Assembly: GCA_051294905.1 (NCBI GenBank) | Contig: CM119385.1 | Coordinates: 16,058,001 to 16,122,000 of the forward strand | From: Botryllus schlosseri | Lineage: Eukaryota | Reading direction: 5' to 3' | Length of the DNA stretch: 64,000 bases | Shown: in pieces, positions 46,501-55,100 of the stretch | Position numbering within the stretch: position 1 is the stretch's first letter | Layout of the letters: the number at the start of each line of letters is the position of its first letter | The notes under the pieces: generated by a model | Told to the model about the DNA's origin: nothing | Database searches by the model: none | What the model saw: the letters and a program-made list of their open reading frames with translations, nothing else | Made by a program: the position numbers and the translations under genes

Positions 46501-49070
46501 CTACTTTTGATGCTAGTTTTATTGTGCGGCCCACTGCGAGATATTACTACGAAAAACAAATTAATAAGAAAAGAAACAATCTATACTCATAAAATTTGCT
46601 ATTTATGCGAAAAATGTGATTGCGTATTAGAAATACCTAAAATTGAGGACGGCCTACAGATATTTTCGACCAACCGCCACGTGCAACTGCTATCATACCA
46701 ATTAGAAGATTGCTGGAATTCCATAACCATCAAAAGCAGCTACCTCTATGACATATTGAATAGAAAATTGTAACATTTAGATATGTTTTTCGACCCACAT
46801 AAAATAGCTTCGCGGCCCACCCACTGGTTGGAAAGCACTGCCTTACACCGTGCTATAAGGGTTGCCTCAATTGGCGAAAGACATAGAATATGCTGTGCTG
46901 AGGCCTTAATTTATACTGTCATTTTCAGATACGTCGTATTTTCTCCGTTTCTTGAAAGTTACAGCACCTTGATCTCGACGGCCGAGTCCATGATTAACAC
47001 CATGGTCGGTGGGTATTTAAATTTTCGCGTTTCAGACGCCTGTCTGCCTCAATAACTACACTATTTACGTATCACAGGCGGAGAGGGATACCCCGAACTG
47101 CGTGACACTTACAGATTCTTCGGTCCCGTGTTCTACTTTGTGTTCTGTTTCAATGCGCTGTTCATCGTACTGAATGTGTTGATCGCGATTATCGGCGAGT
47201 CGCACAAGCAGACCAACGGCGATCTCGCAAAGGCAAGCAACCAATACGAGATGATCGACTTTATGACGAAGAGATTTCTGAAATGGACCGGCATGCAACG
47301 ATACGTCGGGAATAAACAGAGTGAGAGCTTTTCTGTTTTCTGGGATTGTTATGCGTCGGAGGATGTCTGTCGTTTAGTCGTCAGATTTTGAAGTTTTCCA
47401 ACTGCCGTGCACGACTGCAGTTATTGACAGATCTAGAGTAGAAAAAACGCTTTTATACCTGGCTTATAGAGCTGGACACTATGATTTGAGTACTTGAAAC
47501 TGAATTGTCTTTAACAACCGAAGTCGAATAGTGAGACACGATTTTTTCAAGTACTTAAATTAGATGCCCCTTCATACTGAGACTTTCATTATTACTAAGA
47601 ATTATAGCATCAGTATTTTTTCCCAACATGGAATCTGTGAAACTTCAATTGGACGTATCACAGCCTCCAAAACATGACATTTCCATGACTTCGTTATCAG
47701 TATCAGTTATTGTTAATAAATGTTTCATATCAAAACACCACAAGACTGCGATGCAATGAAAAGATAGGAAGTTCATCATCATTGGTTTATTAGCAATTTT
47801 ATCAGTTCAATACACCACAAAAATGCGATACAATGAAAAGACAGGAAGATGTCGAAGCGACAAGGAGTAGTCTATGGAATCTGACACCCACCTGTTGCCG
47901 AAACGAATTGGAGTAGTCTGTGAGATCAGACACCCACCTGGGCATAGGCGATGACGCAATCGCATGCACATTGGATGGAAAGAAATGAAGGAAAACTAGC
48001 AGTATTGCTGCAAAGTGAAATGAAATAAGCATAGTCGAAGAAATGCCAAAATTATCCCTATGTGTTGTAGAACTAGAATTATATCCTGTGTGAAATCAGT
48101 AAAATCAATTTTCCATTGCAACAGAGACCGGGCCGGCTGCAGAAAATCATGTAGTGCCGTCAAGTCCTACCGGAGACACTTCTGCAGGTCTGCAATATTT
48201 CACATACTAAAATTTGTTGCACTTATCGCTAGACGTGACAATTTTTGGTAGTGCCGAGTGAGGAAAGAGCGGCAAATTCGGAAGAAGCTAAAATGAAGAG
48301 TTTCCTGGATATTCAGAAACGGTTCGACGCTTACTCCTACGAGTTGGAGACGAAGTACAAGAAGTTGCTATCGTTCGACGAATTGAGATCGGAAGTTATT
48401 GCGCAGGTACCTTTCGGTTTGACCCATGGGCTAATGTACATTGCGCTCTAGCCTGATGGTTTGAGTGCAAACCTGGCCTGAATCCAAAGGCCTGATAAAC
48501 GTAGGAAAATACTTGAAATATTGTCAATTTTGGTCAATTGCTCGTAAATTTTTCGTCACAACCATGCCATTCTGACACAAATTATATCACTCGCAAGTGC
48601 TACTTGCGTTCCTGTTAATTTCGAGCGCTCATTCCCGAATTAACTGAATGCTGATATTTCACTCGGTCTATATAGTAAAACTGCCCATATGTGTTGATGC
48701 TCGGTCGCCTCGGTACTTTGGAATTTGAACCAGGGCTTTGGGTGAGCGAAATGTTGAACCAATCTGGCTCCAGAGTTTTCTTTTTACATGAACTAGCTTC
48801 AATGTACCGACCGAGAACCGCTTCCATTTCCAGATGAAAGCGGACGTTGAAGAGCAAAAGCAGAAAGCGGAAGCACGTAAGAACAAAACCCTAACCGCGG
48901 CCAGGATTTATGCGAACGTAGCTTATTTTTCAGTATGTCCCGAAACGCAGAATCGCGAACAGCCTTCAACAAGCAGAGGACGCTCCTCTGCCTACCGCAC
49001 GTCTCACCTCACAACGGTGAGCGGGCCATCCAACGACAAGGCTTCACTTTTCTCGGCTAAGAAGTCATGA
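1505..49070 (+). CDS. Polycystin-1-like (PKD1/PKD1L/REJ family) 11-TM receptor-channel subunit; multi-exon, 5' end incomplete
   Basis: Exons read by hand: (1475 or)1505-1681, 4658-4804, 4862-4955, 5169-5335, 5397-5490, 6697-6825, 7940-8181, 8797-8978, 9042-9144, 9514-9625, 9687-9844, 10581-10734, 11886-12001, 12063-12204, 12270-12421, 12901-13007, 13064-13168, 14365-14500, 16168-16385, 17488-17601, 17670-17845, 19152-19293, 19446-19566, 21644-21839, 21894-22034, 22721-22927, 24523-24722, 25465-25517, 26540-26747, 26814-26928, 27945-28101, 28577-28742, 28930-29039, 29197-29326, 29383-29579, 30281-30412, 30500-30625, 31038-31202, 31503-31622, 31684-31818, 33024-33147, 34046-34202, 34927-35108, 35254-35411, 35807-36043, 36751-36921, 37185-37348, 38124-38283, 38346-38506, 38848-39011, 40209-40522, 40777-40906, 41142-41386, 41986-42160, 42633-42901, 43569-43799, 44117-44315, 45522-45738, 46929-47008, 47078-47320, 48252-48406, 48834-49070 (TGA). 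Total 10,019 nt = 2 + 3,339 codons, and every intron phase matches. Family motifs: REJ 'GGNMRTVGYERVVTFDASSLSHDPD', GPS 'C..F.....W...GC...CVC', PLAT 'YQVSVFTG...AGT..NV...WHDNTG..GWYL', 'DFTRVQRLSCC', TOP 'YPGGGY', 'WIDHRTRAVFIEFTIYNPNVNLF', S4 'RFLKLLRFNKRI', S6 'LNVLIAII'. Confidence 0.95.
2657..3545 (+). mobile_element. 5'-truncated LINE 3' end (CR1/L2 group), interrupted by a MITE
   Basis: Reads LLKRFGVLNIEDMKKLEIATFMY...SIKYARPQLWNSI...KSKYKHFLL, typical of the ORF2 C-terminus after RT. It is followed by a 3' UTR shared with 27640-27905 and a (TTGA)n tail. Confidence 0.8.
2980..3263. mobile_element. hAT-type MITE inserted in the LINE
   Basis: TIR CAGTGGTTCC / GGAACCACCG; TSD TTCTAAAT/TTCTAAAG; internal sequence shared with 54431-54661. 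Confidence 0.85.
5676..6035. mobile_element. hAT-type MITE (TAGGG ends)
   Basis: Ends TAGGGTTGTT / AATAGCCCTA; perfect TSD GTATGCAT; related fragments near 430 and 28123. Confidence 0.8.
7217..7438. mobile_element. hAT-type MITE
   Basis: Ends CAGGGTTTCTCA / TGAGAGCCCCTG; perfect TSD ATTTAGAG. Confidence 0.85.
11264..11748. mobile_element. GACTCGAGTC-rich hAT MITE, older copy
   Basis: Ends CAGGATTGTAA / TTACAACTCTG; TSD GGAAGTAG/AAAAGTAG (2 mismatches). Confidence 0.7.
13597..14154. mobile_element. GACTCGAGTC-rich hAT MITE
   Basis: TIR CAGGGTTGTAA / TTACAACCCTG; perfect TSD CCGCACAC. Confidence 0.92.
15050..15798. mobile_element. hAT (Charlie/Buster-like) non-autonomous element
   Basis: Ends CAGAAGTGTCAAAC / GTTTGACAACCCTG; subterminal GCGGGCCG motifs; perfect TSD GTCTAATG. 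Confidence 0.88.
16168..17511 (+). other. PAN/Apple domain 1 of the PKD1-like protein
   Basis: SACSDDFHLFPSTQL...LTLDECKDLCCSIRMFKCRSISLHRETSDCALYAEDRNT...YYNHYERK shows typical PAN Cys spacing and the terminal YYxxYE motif. Confidence 0.85.
17161..17410 (+). mobile_element. Penelope-like 3' fragment with a short inverted terminal piece; hammerhead degenerate
   Basis: 17203-17410 matches the reverse complement of about 23990-24200; 17161-17202 is an inverted copy of the repeat end. The core reads CTGACGA...GATA and the GGGT stem strand is deleted. Confidence 0.7.
17512..19293 (+). other. PKD-like Ig domain preceding the REJ module
   Basis: 'VEWDLGEG' resembles WDFGDG, followed by 'HVYDMNSVYIVRANVSD' (H-x-Y...Y-x-V-x-x-x-V-S). 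Confidence 0.6.
17932..18908. mobile_element. hAT-type non-autonomous element with GTGAAC subterminal repeats
   Basis: TIR TAGGGATGGTGTGAAC / GTTCACACCATCCCTA; perfect TSD ATGGATAT. Confidence 0.92.
19694..21085 (-). mobile_element. hAT deletion derivative retaining an N-terminal zinc-finger remnant
   Basis: TIR CAGGGTTGCCAT / ATGGCAACCCTG; perfect TSD TATATAAG; repeated AAATAAGGAC subterminal motif. The minus-strand ORF 'ICNCDISL...ISTHIDTPKHKK' resembles the C2H2 finger at the start of hAT transposases. Another left end occurs at 60883. Confidence 0.88.
23370..23888. mobile_element. Degenerate copy of the 15050-15798 family
   Basis: Shares the right end 'gcgggccggat...gtttgacacccctg' and internal 'aaatgtgctggataat'; the left end is eroded. 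Confidence 0.65.
23972..24440 (-). mobile_element. Penelope-like retroelement 3' fragment (GIY-YIG C-terminus plus terminal repeat)
   Basis: Minus-strand frames read 'SAIGKHLSDNSACAKNYRDDRFRILRKGRSHFH' and, frameshifted, 'FIFKIHQPRLCQQKEFVYHL'. This is recognised from memory as the C-terminal part of PLE GIY-YIG endonucleases. A terminal repeat with a hammerhead motif follows. Confidence 0.75.
24004..24037 (-). ncRNA. Minimal type I hammerhead ribozyme motif, intact core
   Basis: Minus strand ACCC-CUGACGA-GUGUCAGCC-GAAA-AUAUUC-GGGU: stem I ACCC/GGGU, core CUGANGA and GAAA, palindromic AAUAUU stem III, predicted UUC cleavage site. Confidence 0.7.
25603..26386. mobile_element. hAT-type non-autonomous element
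   Basis: Ends CAGGGGTGGCCAACC / GGTTGGCCACACCTG; perfect TSD GACTAGAT. Confidence 0.88.
26420..26510 (-). repeat. Solo Penelope terminal-repeat fragment; hammerhead degenerate
   Basis: ACCC CTGACGA GTGTCAGCC GAATATATCT GGGT: A15.1 and the cleavage triplet are altered. Confidence 0.7.
26814..28070 (+). other. PAN/Apple domain 2, nested inside the REJ module
   Basis: KSCQKFRMFPQ...ITESECSRKCCLTREFLCLSFTYNARKSNCSLFSEDRKTLEPDMYYDYFE aligns by eye with PAN domain 1. Confidence 0.85.
27260..27910 (+). mobile_element. Second LINE 3' end of the same family
   Basis: ETALKPLQKLQ...KPLLKRFGVLNIKDMRKLEIAKFMY..., then the same 3' UTR, AATAAA and a TTGAACT-like tail. Confidence 0.8.
29197..35900 (+). 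other. GAIN domain with a degenerate GPS motif
   Basis: Helical subdomain exons, then the beta region 'VMSFDDNPLGF...INSPVTML', then GPS 'PGCRRFDSGTKKWTGDGCLVSEHSTPETTECVCNKLSPTSIFSAEFFVPPNTINF'. Confidence 0.85.
31957..32519. mobile_element. GACTCGAGTC-rich hAT MITE
   Basis: TIR CAGGGTTGTAA / TTACAACCCTG; perfect TSD CTGTACGT; collinear with 13597-14154. Confidence 0.92.
36090..36619. repeat. Representative of a dispersed, old AAGTAG/CTACTT-rich element family
   Basis: Ends CAGAGGTAG / CCACCTCTG. Similar AAGTAG/TACTTGAGTA-rich tracts lie near 11040-11260, 29700-30045, 42200-42550, 43140-43540, 52540-53150, 54830-54960 and 57715-57870. Confidence 0.45.
36751..38200 (+). other. PLAT/LH2 domain
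   Basis: 'RYLYQVSVFTGYGKCAGTQSNVFCVLFGENG...FGRSSVNHF...VWHDNTGKGDNRGWYLDQVAV...YYFICDNWLAVDEDDGKVDRILPV'. Confidence 0.93.
37500..37740 (-). mobile_element. tRNA-derived SINE (degenerate); 3' extent approximate
   Basis: Minus strand 'ccgttgTAGCTTAGCGGtcagagcgctggtctc...caGGCTCAAATCgtatcgg': A-box at 37723-37733 and a degenerate B-box at 37679-37688; no complete cloverleaf. Confidence 0.6.
39230..40136. mobile_element. Older MITE (CAGGGCTGTGGAGT ends) hosting the 39492-40038 insertion
   Basis: Ends CAGGGCTGTGGAGTTGG / CCGACTCCACAGCCCTG; TSD not clean; related fragment near 56910-57030. Confidence 0.6.
39492..40038. mobile_element. GACTCGAGTC-rich hAT MITE (opposite orientation)
   Basis: Ends CAGGGTTGTAA / TTACAGCCCTG; TSD CTAGAAAT/CTATAAAT. 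Confidence 0.88.
45795..45970 (+). repeat. 3' UTR fragment of the same LINE family
   Basis: Shares 'gtgtctgatct..aagactactcc..gtcgttt..acaccttcctatct' with the two longer copies. Confidence 0.7.
46470..46840. mobile_element. MITE with a 15-bp perfect TIR
   Basis: CAGTGCTTTCCAACC / GGTTGGAAAGCACTG; no matching TSD seen. Confidence 0.7.
47715..47975 (-). repeat. Reverse-oriented LINE 3' UTR fragments with an internal duplication
   Basis: Reverse complement of the same UTR; the blocks 'caccacaa.a.tgcgat.caatgaaaaga.aggaag' and 'ggagtagtct...ga.acccacct' each occur twice. Confidence 0.65.
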
Positions 49071-49651
49071 TCGCTCTCGGATAGCATCGGTGTAGTGTGG
49101 GTTGGCGAAGCTTTGATGTCGCTGTGTTTTTTGTGAAGCTTGTGCGACTTTTTATTCAAAGAAAAATGTGTGACGTATGTGAAAAATATAGTTTCCATGT
49201 AGTAAGCTTGGTCTGCTTGTTGGGTTCGTCGAGTAGCTAGTATATTGTGTGCAGGCCTTTTCACACAGCCCGATCAAGGGTAGGTGGTCTTCAAGTTTCA
49301 CCCAGACAGGTTTTAAAAGCACCCAGTTCTCGACAGCGAAACATTGCAGGATCACATCTGCGAATAGTTGATGACTAATTTACCGACCGCCTATATGGTG
49401 TTGCAATGCATCAGAACTCTCATGAGGTTAACCAGTTGTTATGAAGTGCTCCGTACATCATACTGCTGTTGGTTAGGATTACATGACTAATTATTCCAAA
49501 TCAACCTGATAGAGATTTCACTACCGTAGGGGGTTTTCACGCCTCAAACTAACATAAACTGGGCAGTCCGATTGAAGCTTCGCTTCAGACATATTGGTTT
49601 TTCTGCTCAACCAAAATCACTCCTTGTGAGGCTGGCTGGTATTCTCTGGTA

Positions 49652-50933
49652 CAGTGGTTCTCAACCGCCGGTCCGCCAGGTATATTCCAATTTTATACCT
49701 TAATTTCACGATGCAATATGATGAAGGCTTGTCCATTGAGAAAATATTCAACACATCAAATTTTAAACTGGTTTAGAGCTTCATGAGGTAACATATTTGA
49801 TTTGACTTGAAGTTCAAGCCGTTTCATTTGAAGACATGCGAGAGACAAGTAAAAGCTGCCTCGCTAAACCGCGATTATTCGTTTTCATTTCATTCCTTTT
49901 GTGCGGGACCGTAACTGTAGGGTTACCATACATCCTCCTTTTTAGGGTTTTTGAAAGTGTCCTCCAAGGACGCCTAAATATCTTCCTTTTTGGCAATTCG
50001 TCCTCCTTTACAGCTAGGATAATGGACAGATTCCAGTGAAAACGGGCATTAATGACGCTAAATAGCAAAGACGGTAATACGAAAGTGATGACCTTTTTTT
50101 AGTCAACCCACCCAAATTTACAGCAAAAATAGCGAAATCGGCTTTTTTCAGTCTCGATCAACTAACTTTACTCATTTGGTGAAAGTGTTCTCCTTTCCCG
50201 ATTCCAAAATATGGTAACCCTACGTAACTGCCGCACTCGAAACCTCCAATTGGAGCGGAGCCGAGCTTGAAGGGGCCTAAAATTATTATGTGAATGAACA
50301 TAAATTATGGAGTACTTTTTAAAAACTTTTTTTCAATTTTTTCGTACTTTGCGCCATTCAGTGTCACTAAATGTCTTAATTATTGGGTGTCGTTCCCCAA
50401 GAAATACGCATGATTTAGCATTTATTCGTATTTCGGCGTCAGCCATTACCGGGCTACAACCCACCAACACATAATGATGTTTAGGCTATTATGGGACTCC
50501 GAAAAGTGTGCCAAAAGTTTGGCAGCGGTTAAACCTTCACCGAGACGGACTGACCTTTGTTGACCGAAAATTTCGATATATATATATGTCTAATTGTCCA
50601 TAGGCGACTGAATGGCTGGCAACTAATCTCGCTTTCCTCGCAATCTATACCCCACATGACAAATGCCATACCACGTTTCTCTGGGCAAGGTAATTTTACC
50701 TCGACTCAGCAGACTCACTTTCGTAAAACCACATAATAGAAGCCATCTTCAAGATAATTGAGATAATTACGATCAAAACCCTGAAAATTTCACTCTCTAA
50801 CACCATATACTAGCAAGAAAACGGTTGTATACTTTACATTAGGGTTAATTTCAATTTTAGAAAGTCCACCGTTCTGCCAAATATTTTTTGGAATTTTACT
50901 GGTCCGCGAGGTGAAAAAGGTTGTGAACCACTG
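49652..50933. mobile_element. hAT-like element between the two genes, containing a nested MITE
   Basis: Ends CAGTGGTTCTCAACC / GGTTGTGAACCACTG (14/15 match); TSD not matching. Confidence 0.55.
49918..50222. mobile_element. hAT-type MITE
   Basis: TIR TAGGGTTACCATA / TATGGTAACCCTA; perfect TSD CGTAACTG. Confidence 0.88.
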
Positions 50934-52168
50934 CTAGTACTCATTTTGATTCTAGCGACTGCAACAATGGTCTGACCATTCAGAGATATTCGAAAAAGTT
51001 TCAAGGTCAAGTGTATGATAGATCCAGTTTATTAGACTGCTGCCATAGCAGAGATTTCGATAGAAATAATATATTCGCAAAACACCCGACATATAGCACA
51101 GAAAAAAAACATCCGTTAGTAATACGGGGAGTGTTATTAAGGCAACCACCGCGTAGGTTCATAACTAAAAACCAGGTACATCACGTGGAGCGAACAGACA
51201 TCCACTTATAACAACACATAAAGTTGACATCTCGGGAATCCACACTATAGGTGGTTCATTCATAATTATGTGCAACAACGCGCAATAGATGCTATTGCTC
51301 GGGTTTTTAATGAGAGAACGGTAAATTTCCGGAATATACCAGCTATAATATATCACCATTGAAACATAAAATCTATGGAGCCACGCTATATGTTACGAAT
51401 TTACATGAAAAAGTATGAAATTTTCAACGCATTGATAAACAAAATCCAACGTTATTAACAAAACAAACAGGGTATAAACGCAGACTATATTCGCTTAGAA
51501 GCGACACGACGATGCCAGGTGGAAGTAAAATTAATTCAACTGTCAGTAAAAGAAGAATAGGTTACGGAGAAAAATTCGTAAACACTAATGTTCAGGAGAG
51601 CAGTAGGAAAAAGCATGGAACTAACTCGTAAATGCGTGCGTAAAGTGTGTACGTATATATCTTGCTTACATAACGCCGTACGAAGTAGAACACTTAGTTT
51701 ATTACCAGTCCACAATGTAGCTGTGCGTCGACACAGTTAAAATGGACAGCAAGAAATATAAGTATTCCGTAAATTCATGATAGCAAACGATTTTCATAAA
51801 GTTTCAACCAGAGACTCGGAAATCGGCATATGTGACGGTAAGAAATACCCTCAATCGCGTATGCCGTCTCTCAATAGAGATTGACAAAACACGCCTCGTT
51901 CAAAACTCTGGAAGATATAATTACAGAACAGAAAGACAGTCACTCTCCCACGCATACGTACTCCCACGAAATTGCATTGGCTCACAATGATTCGAAAAGA
52001 AAAACATCAGACCTCGTATGATACTTTCAAGACGGCATGCTGGCATACACGAGAACGCGCCGCGCCAGGCTGCCCTAAAAAGCAATGGCACGCACGCTCT
52101 ACACCGATAATTGCACGAGCTGATGTGGCCAATTGTAAGTTCCAAGCTTCGCATGTCGCGAGTCGCTT

Positions 52169-55100
52169 TTAGAATTTTGACGGTTTCCGCTGTCCCGCCA
52201 TGCCCGGTTTAATTCTAGTCGCGGACCTGGCATGCACCGAGTGACTGGGCAGGGGCTGGGCCGCGAAATGCGGGTGGTGTCCGTTTTCGGCGTCGATAAC
52301 GCCATTGTTGTTATTTGTGTTCATTCCGCTCGTGACTTTTTTCAATTCCGCTGCCATCCCGATGCCAATAAGCCTCTCTCCTCTCATCGAGCCGCCCTTC
52401 CGACTCGGCATTCGGCCCACTTCGAGTCTGCCCTTGTTACCCGCTTTCATCCCTGGAACGACACACACCCAGACGTCAGCGACATCGTACATTGAACCAA
52501 GCTTAGAGTCAGTTGGCAGCATAGCAGATTTTGCCTTGCTGAAGTGGTTATATTTTCGGGCTACCGTTTCTTCCAGTTTTTTCAGGCATAACTGGGCCTA
52601 GAATACTTACTTGCACTACGTACTCAAGCAGATGTGTTTTCAATTTCTACTTGACAGTTTTCAGATTTTTAGGCAGAACTGGTCTTGCACTATGCAAAGA
52701 GGTTGCGTTTCGGAATAGTTGACTTCAGATGTCCAATACTGTTTGCAATTCTTTTTCTGTAGCATTATTGTTGCTGTCATGTCTTTCAGTTGGATAAAGA
52801 TACGTTTCTCTCTCTCACTGAAGTTACTTGCATTTACTGTAAGATTTTGAGAGGATCTACAGCGCTGACACCCCCCTAAAACCGGACTATGTAGCTGGAA
52901 ATTAACACAGATTCTAACTTCGAAAATCGAAACGGGTGAAGCTAGCGGTTTTGTCGTTCTGCTATTGTAACGTAGTTACGTAGACACATGTCGCGATTTT
53001 AAAAGCCATCACAGGCGATTCAGCTATACAAGTCATTCGAATACTTTCCAGACTGGACATTTTCTACTTGACATGTCGTGAAAATTGTTACATCTACTTG
53101 CAATCAAGTACTCGAGCACCATAGACGGCTACTACCAACTCTGACCTCATCTCAGATTAGCAAAATCAGTGATGAATAGTAGATAGTAATGGCGGGAGAA
53201 CATCAAATTCAGACTGTGCCTTAACATGAGAGAAACACATACGGCCGAACTAGAAGTGCCGCTAGTAACGGCCGGCTTAGAGCTAAATTTTGTTAAGCGA
53301 AAACCATCGGACTTACCTCCCCTGGGTTCCAGCGTGTCCCGAACCACGTCCGGGGTATCGTTCTTCTCGTCCAGCTTCATCAATTCATCGAGAGCGCATT
53401 TCATTGTCGAATCAATGTCCTACGGAAGCGCAAAGTTTCGGTTAATACAATGTTATCAAAGATTACTGCAAATGACCCCTGCTTAGATAGGACGCCAAGT
53501 GAAATGACTGACTATCAAATGAGAGGGTTGGAAATTATGCGACTTTCGGTGATAAGATCGAGACGATCGAATAGTGCGATGTTGGAAGGCGGGATAGCGG
53601 CGCCGAACAGAATCGAATGTTTTCAGTGCTCAAGAATTACTCTAAAATGACACCTCACACAAACAGTCGATGTGGAACAGATTAATGAAAAACGATGACC
53701 CTCTATCGATAAAATCTTGTCACATCATTGATGGTGCGATGATCCAACTGCGACAGAGTGCTATGTCCGAGAATTAGAACATGCGGGTCGTGAGCCCGAC
53801 GACAAAGGGTTAGTGTGTCATGATAAATCACAAAATCACCGCAGCAAAATATAATTAGTTCGAGTCGTGTTCGGTATAGTTTTTTTTCGGAATATCATGC
53901 GTTTTCCAGTAGGGCAGAACCTCATCCAAGATGTGAGATAGCACAGAGAAACACAGACTCGAACTAATCTGGTAACGCCGCAGAACAAACTTTAAACAAA
54001 AACGAGCGACAAAACAAAAACAATTAGCGGACAAGCTGCAACGTAATGTTAACGAAACCAACGTGACGGCGTGAGCAAACAAGACAAACGCATTCAAAAC
54101 AAATCCGGCCGTAAAGCGCGGCCCAACGGAAACGCGCCGTTCCGGCGGAAGCCTTACGAGTTTTCTGCTCGGGTCGAGACGGCGCGGCATCGTGCTGGAG
54201 CCTTTCTGCTGCGTCAATAAAACGTTTCCGGGTTAACGTAGGGCAGCCCAGTACCGCGCGGGTCAAATTAAAAACACCGCAACGGACACGCGACACACTC
54301 AACAGAAAATAAACAGCACACTCTTGTGTTTCTCCTACCGGCGGATGTTTCGGAGTCCTCGGCTAAAGCGATGTTTAGAAAAACAACAAAAGCTATGTTA
54401 TTAAATATGTAGTTGTCTACGTGGCTAACGCAGTGGTTCTCAAACTGGAGTCAACTGAAAATTTTTACCTCCAATTCATAGCACAGTCCGAATTTCATAT
54501 TTGAGAATTTTCTCATCAACAGTCATAACCTCCCATGCCACCAAACTATCCGTCGGGATTGCTAGCATTTCGGTTGCATTTTGTGATATGACGATAATGG
54601 GAGCGTGAAATTTCTCACTATCATAAAGGAGGGGGGCCTAAAAAAAGTTTGAGAACCATTGGGCTAACGTAAATAACATCAATCTTGTATTCTGTTCGTT
54701 GTTTTTGTGACATCCTTGCTGAATTAACATGATTCCTAGTACTAAAACAGCTTATCCGACTTGGTGCGTTATTCACGAAGATCTGCATTCGAAAGTAGCC
54801 AACTCCCATCGACTGCTTACAGTATGCGAACTCTCGACTAAATCTACTCTTCCAAACTACTTCTTCAGTTCATACTTTTCATTTTCTACTCCCACCTTAC
54901 ATGTGTAACAAGTCCCTATTTGTAGCCGTAGTGAAGTAGAAATCTACAGCGGTACTTCCAAAGGCTGATCATTTTGATTACCTCTCAAGAGTTCATAGAT
55001 GTAACACTACCAGCCCAGTGAACATAATCCACACCTAAACAACATCAAAACGATTTTGAAACTAGCAAACTATCCCAACTTGTAGATCCACTTTCACAGT

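Larger units (their letters stand above)
41142..47320 (+). other. Polycystin cation-channel region (S1, TOP, S2-S6)
   Basis: S1 'WEVIVYMFYILVLLFL'; TOP 'VGPARLRQVRV', 'YPGGGY', 'WIDHRTRAVFIEF'; S4 'RFLKLLRFNKRIG'; pore 'YSTLISTAESMINTMVGGEGYPEL'; S6 'GPVFYFVFCFNALFIVLNVLIAII'. Confidence 0.93.

Noticed and set aside
53243-53316. Extra srGAP exon 53243-53282 linking to the phase-2 acceptor at about 52538
   Set aside because: It needs a 34-nt intron; the phase-1 acceptor at 52452 gives a simpler consistent model, though the start of the last exon remains uncertain.
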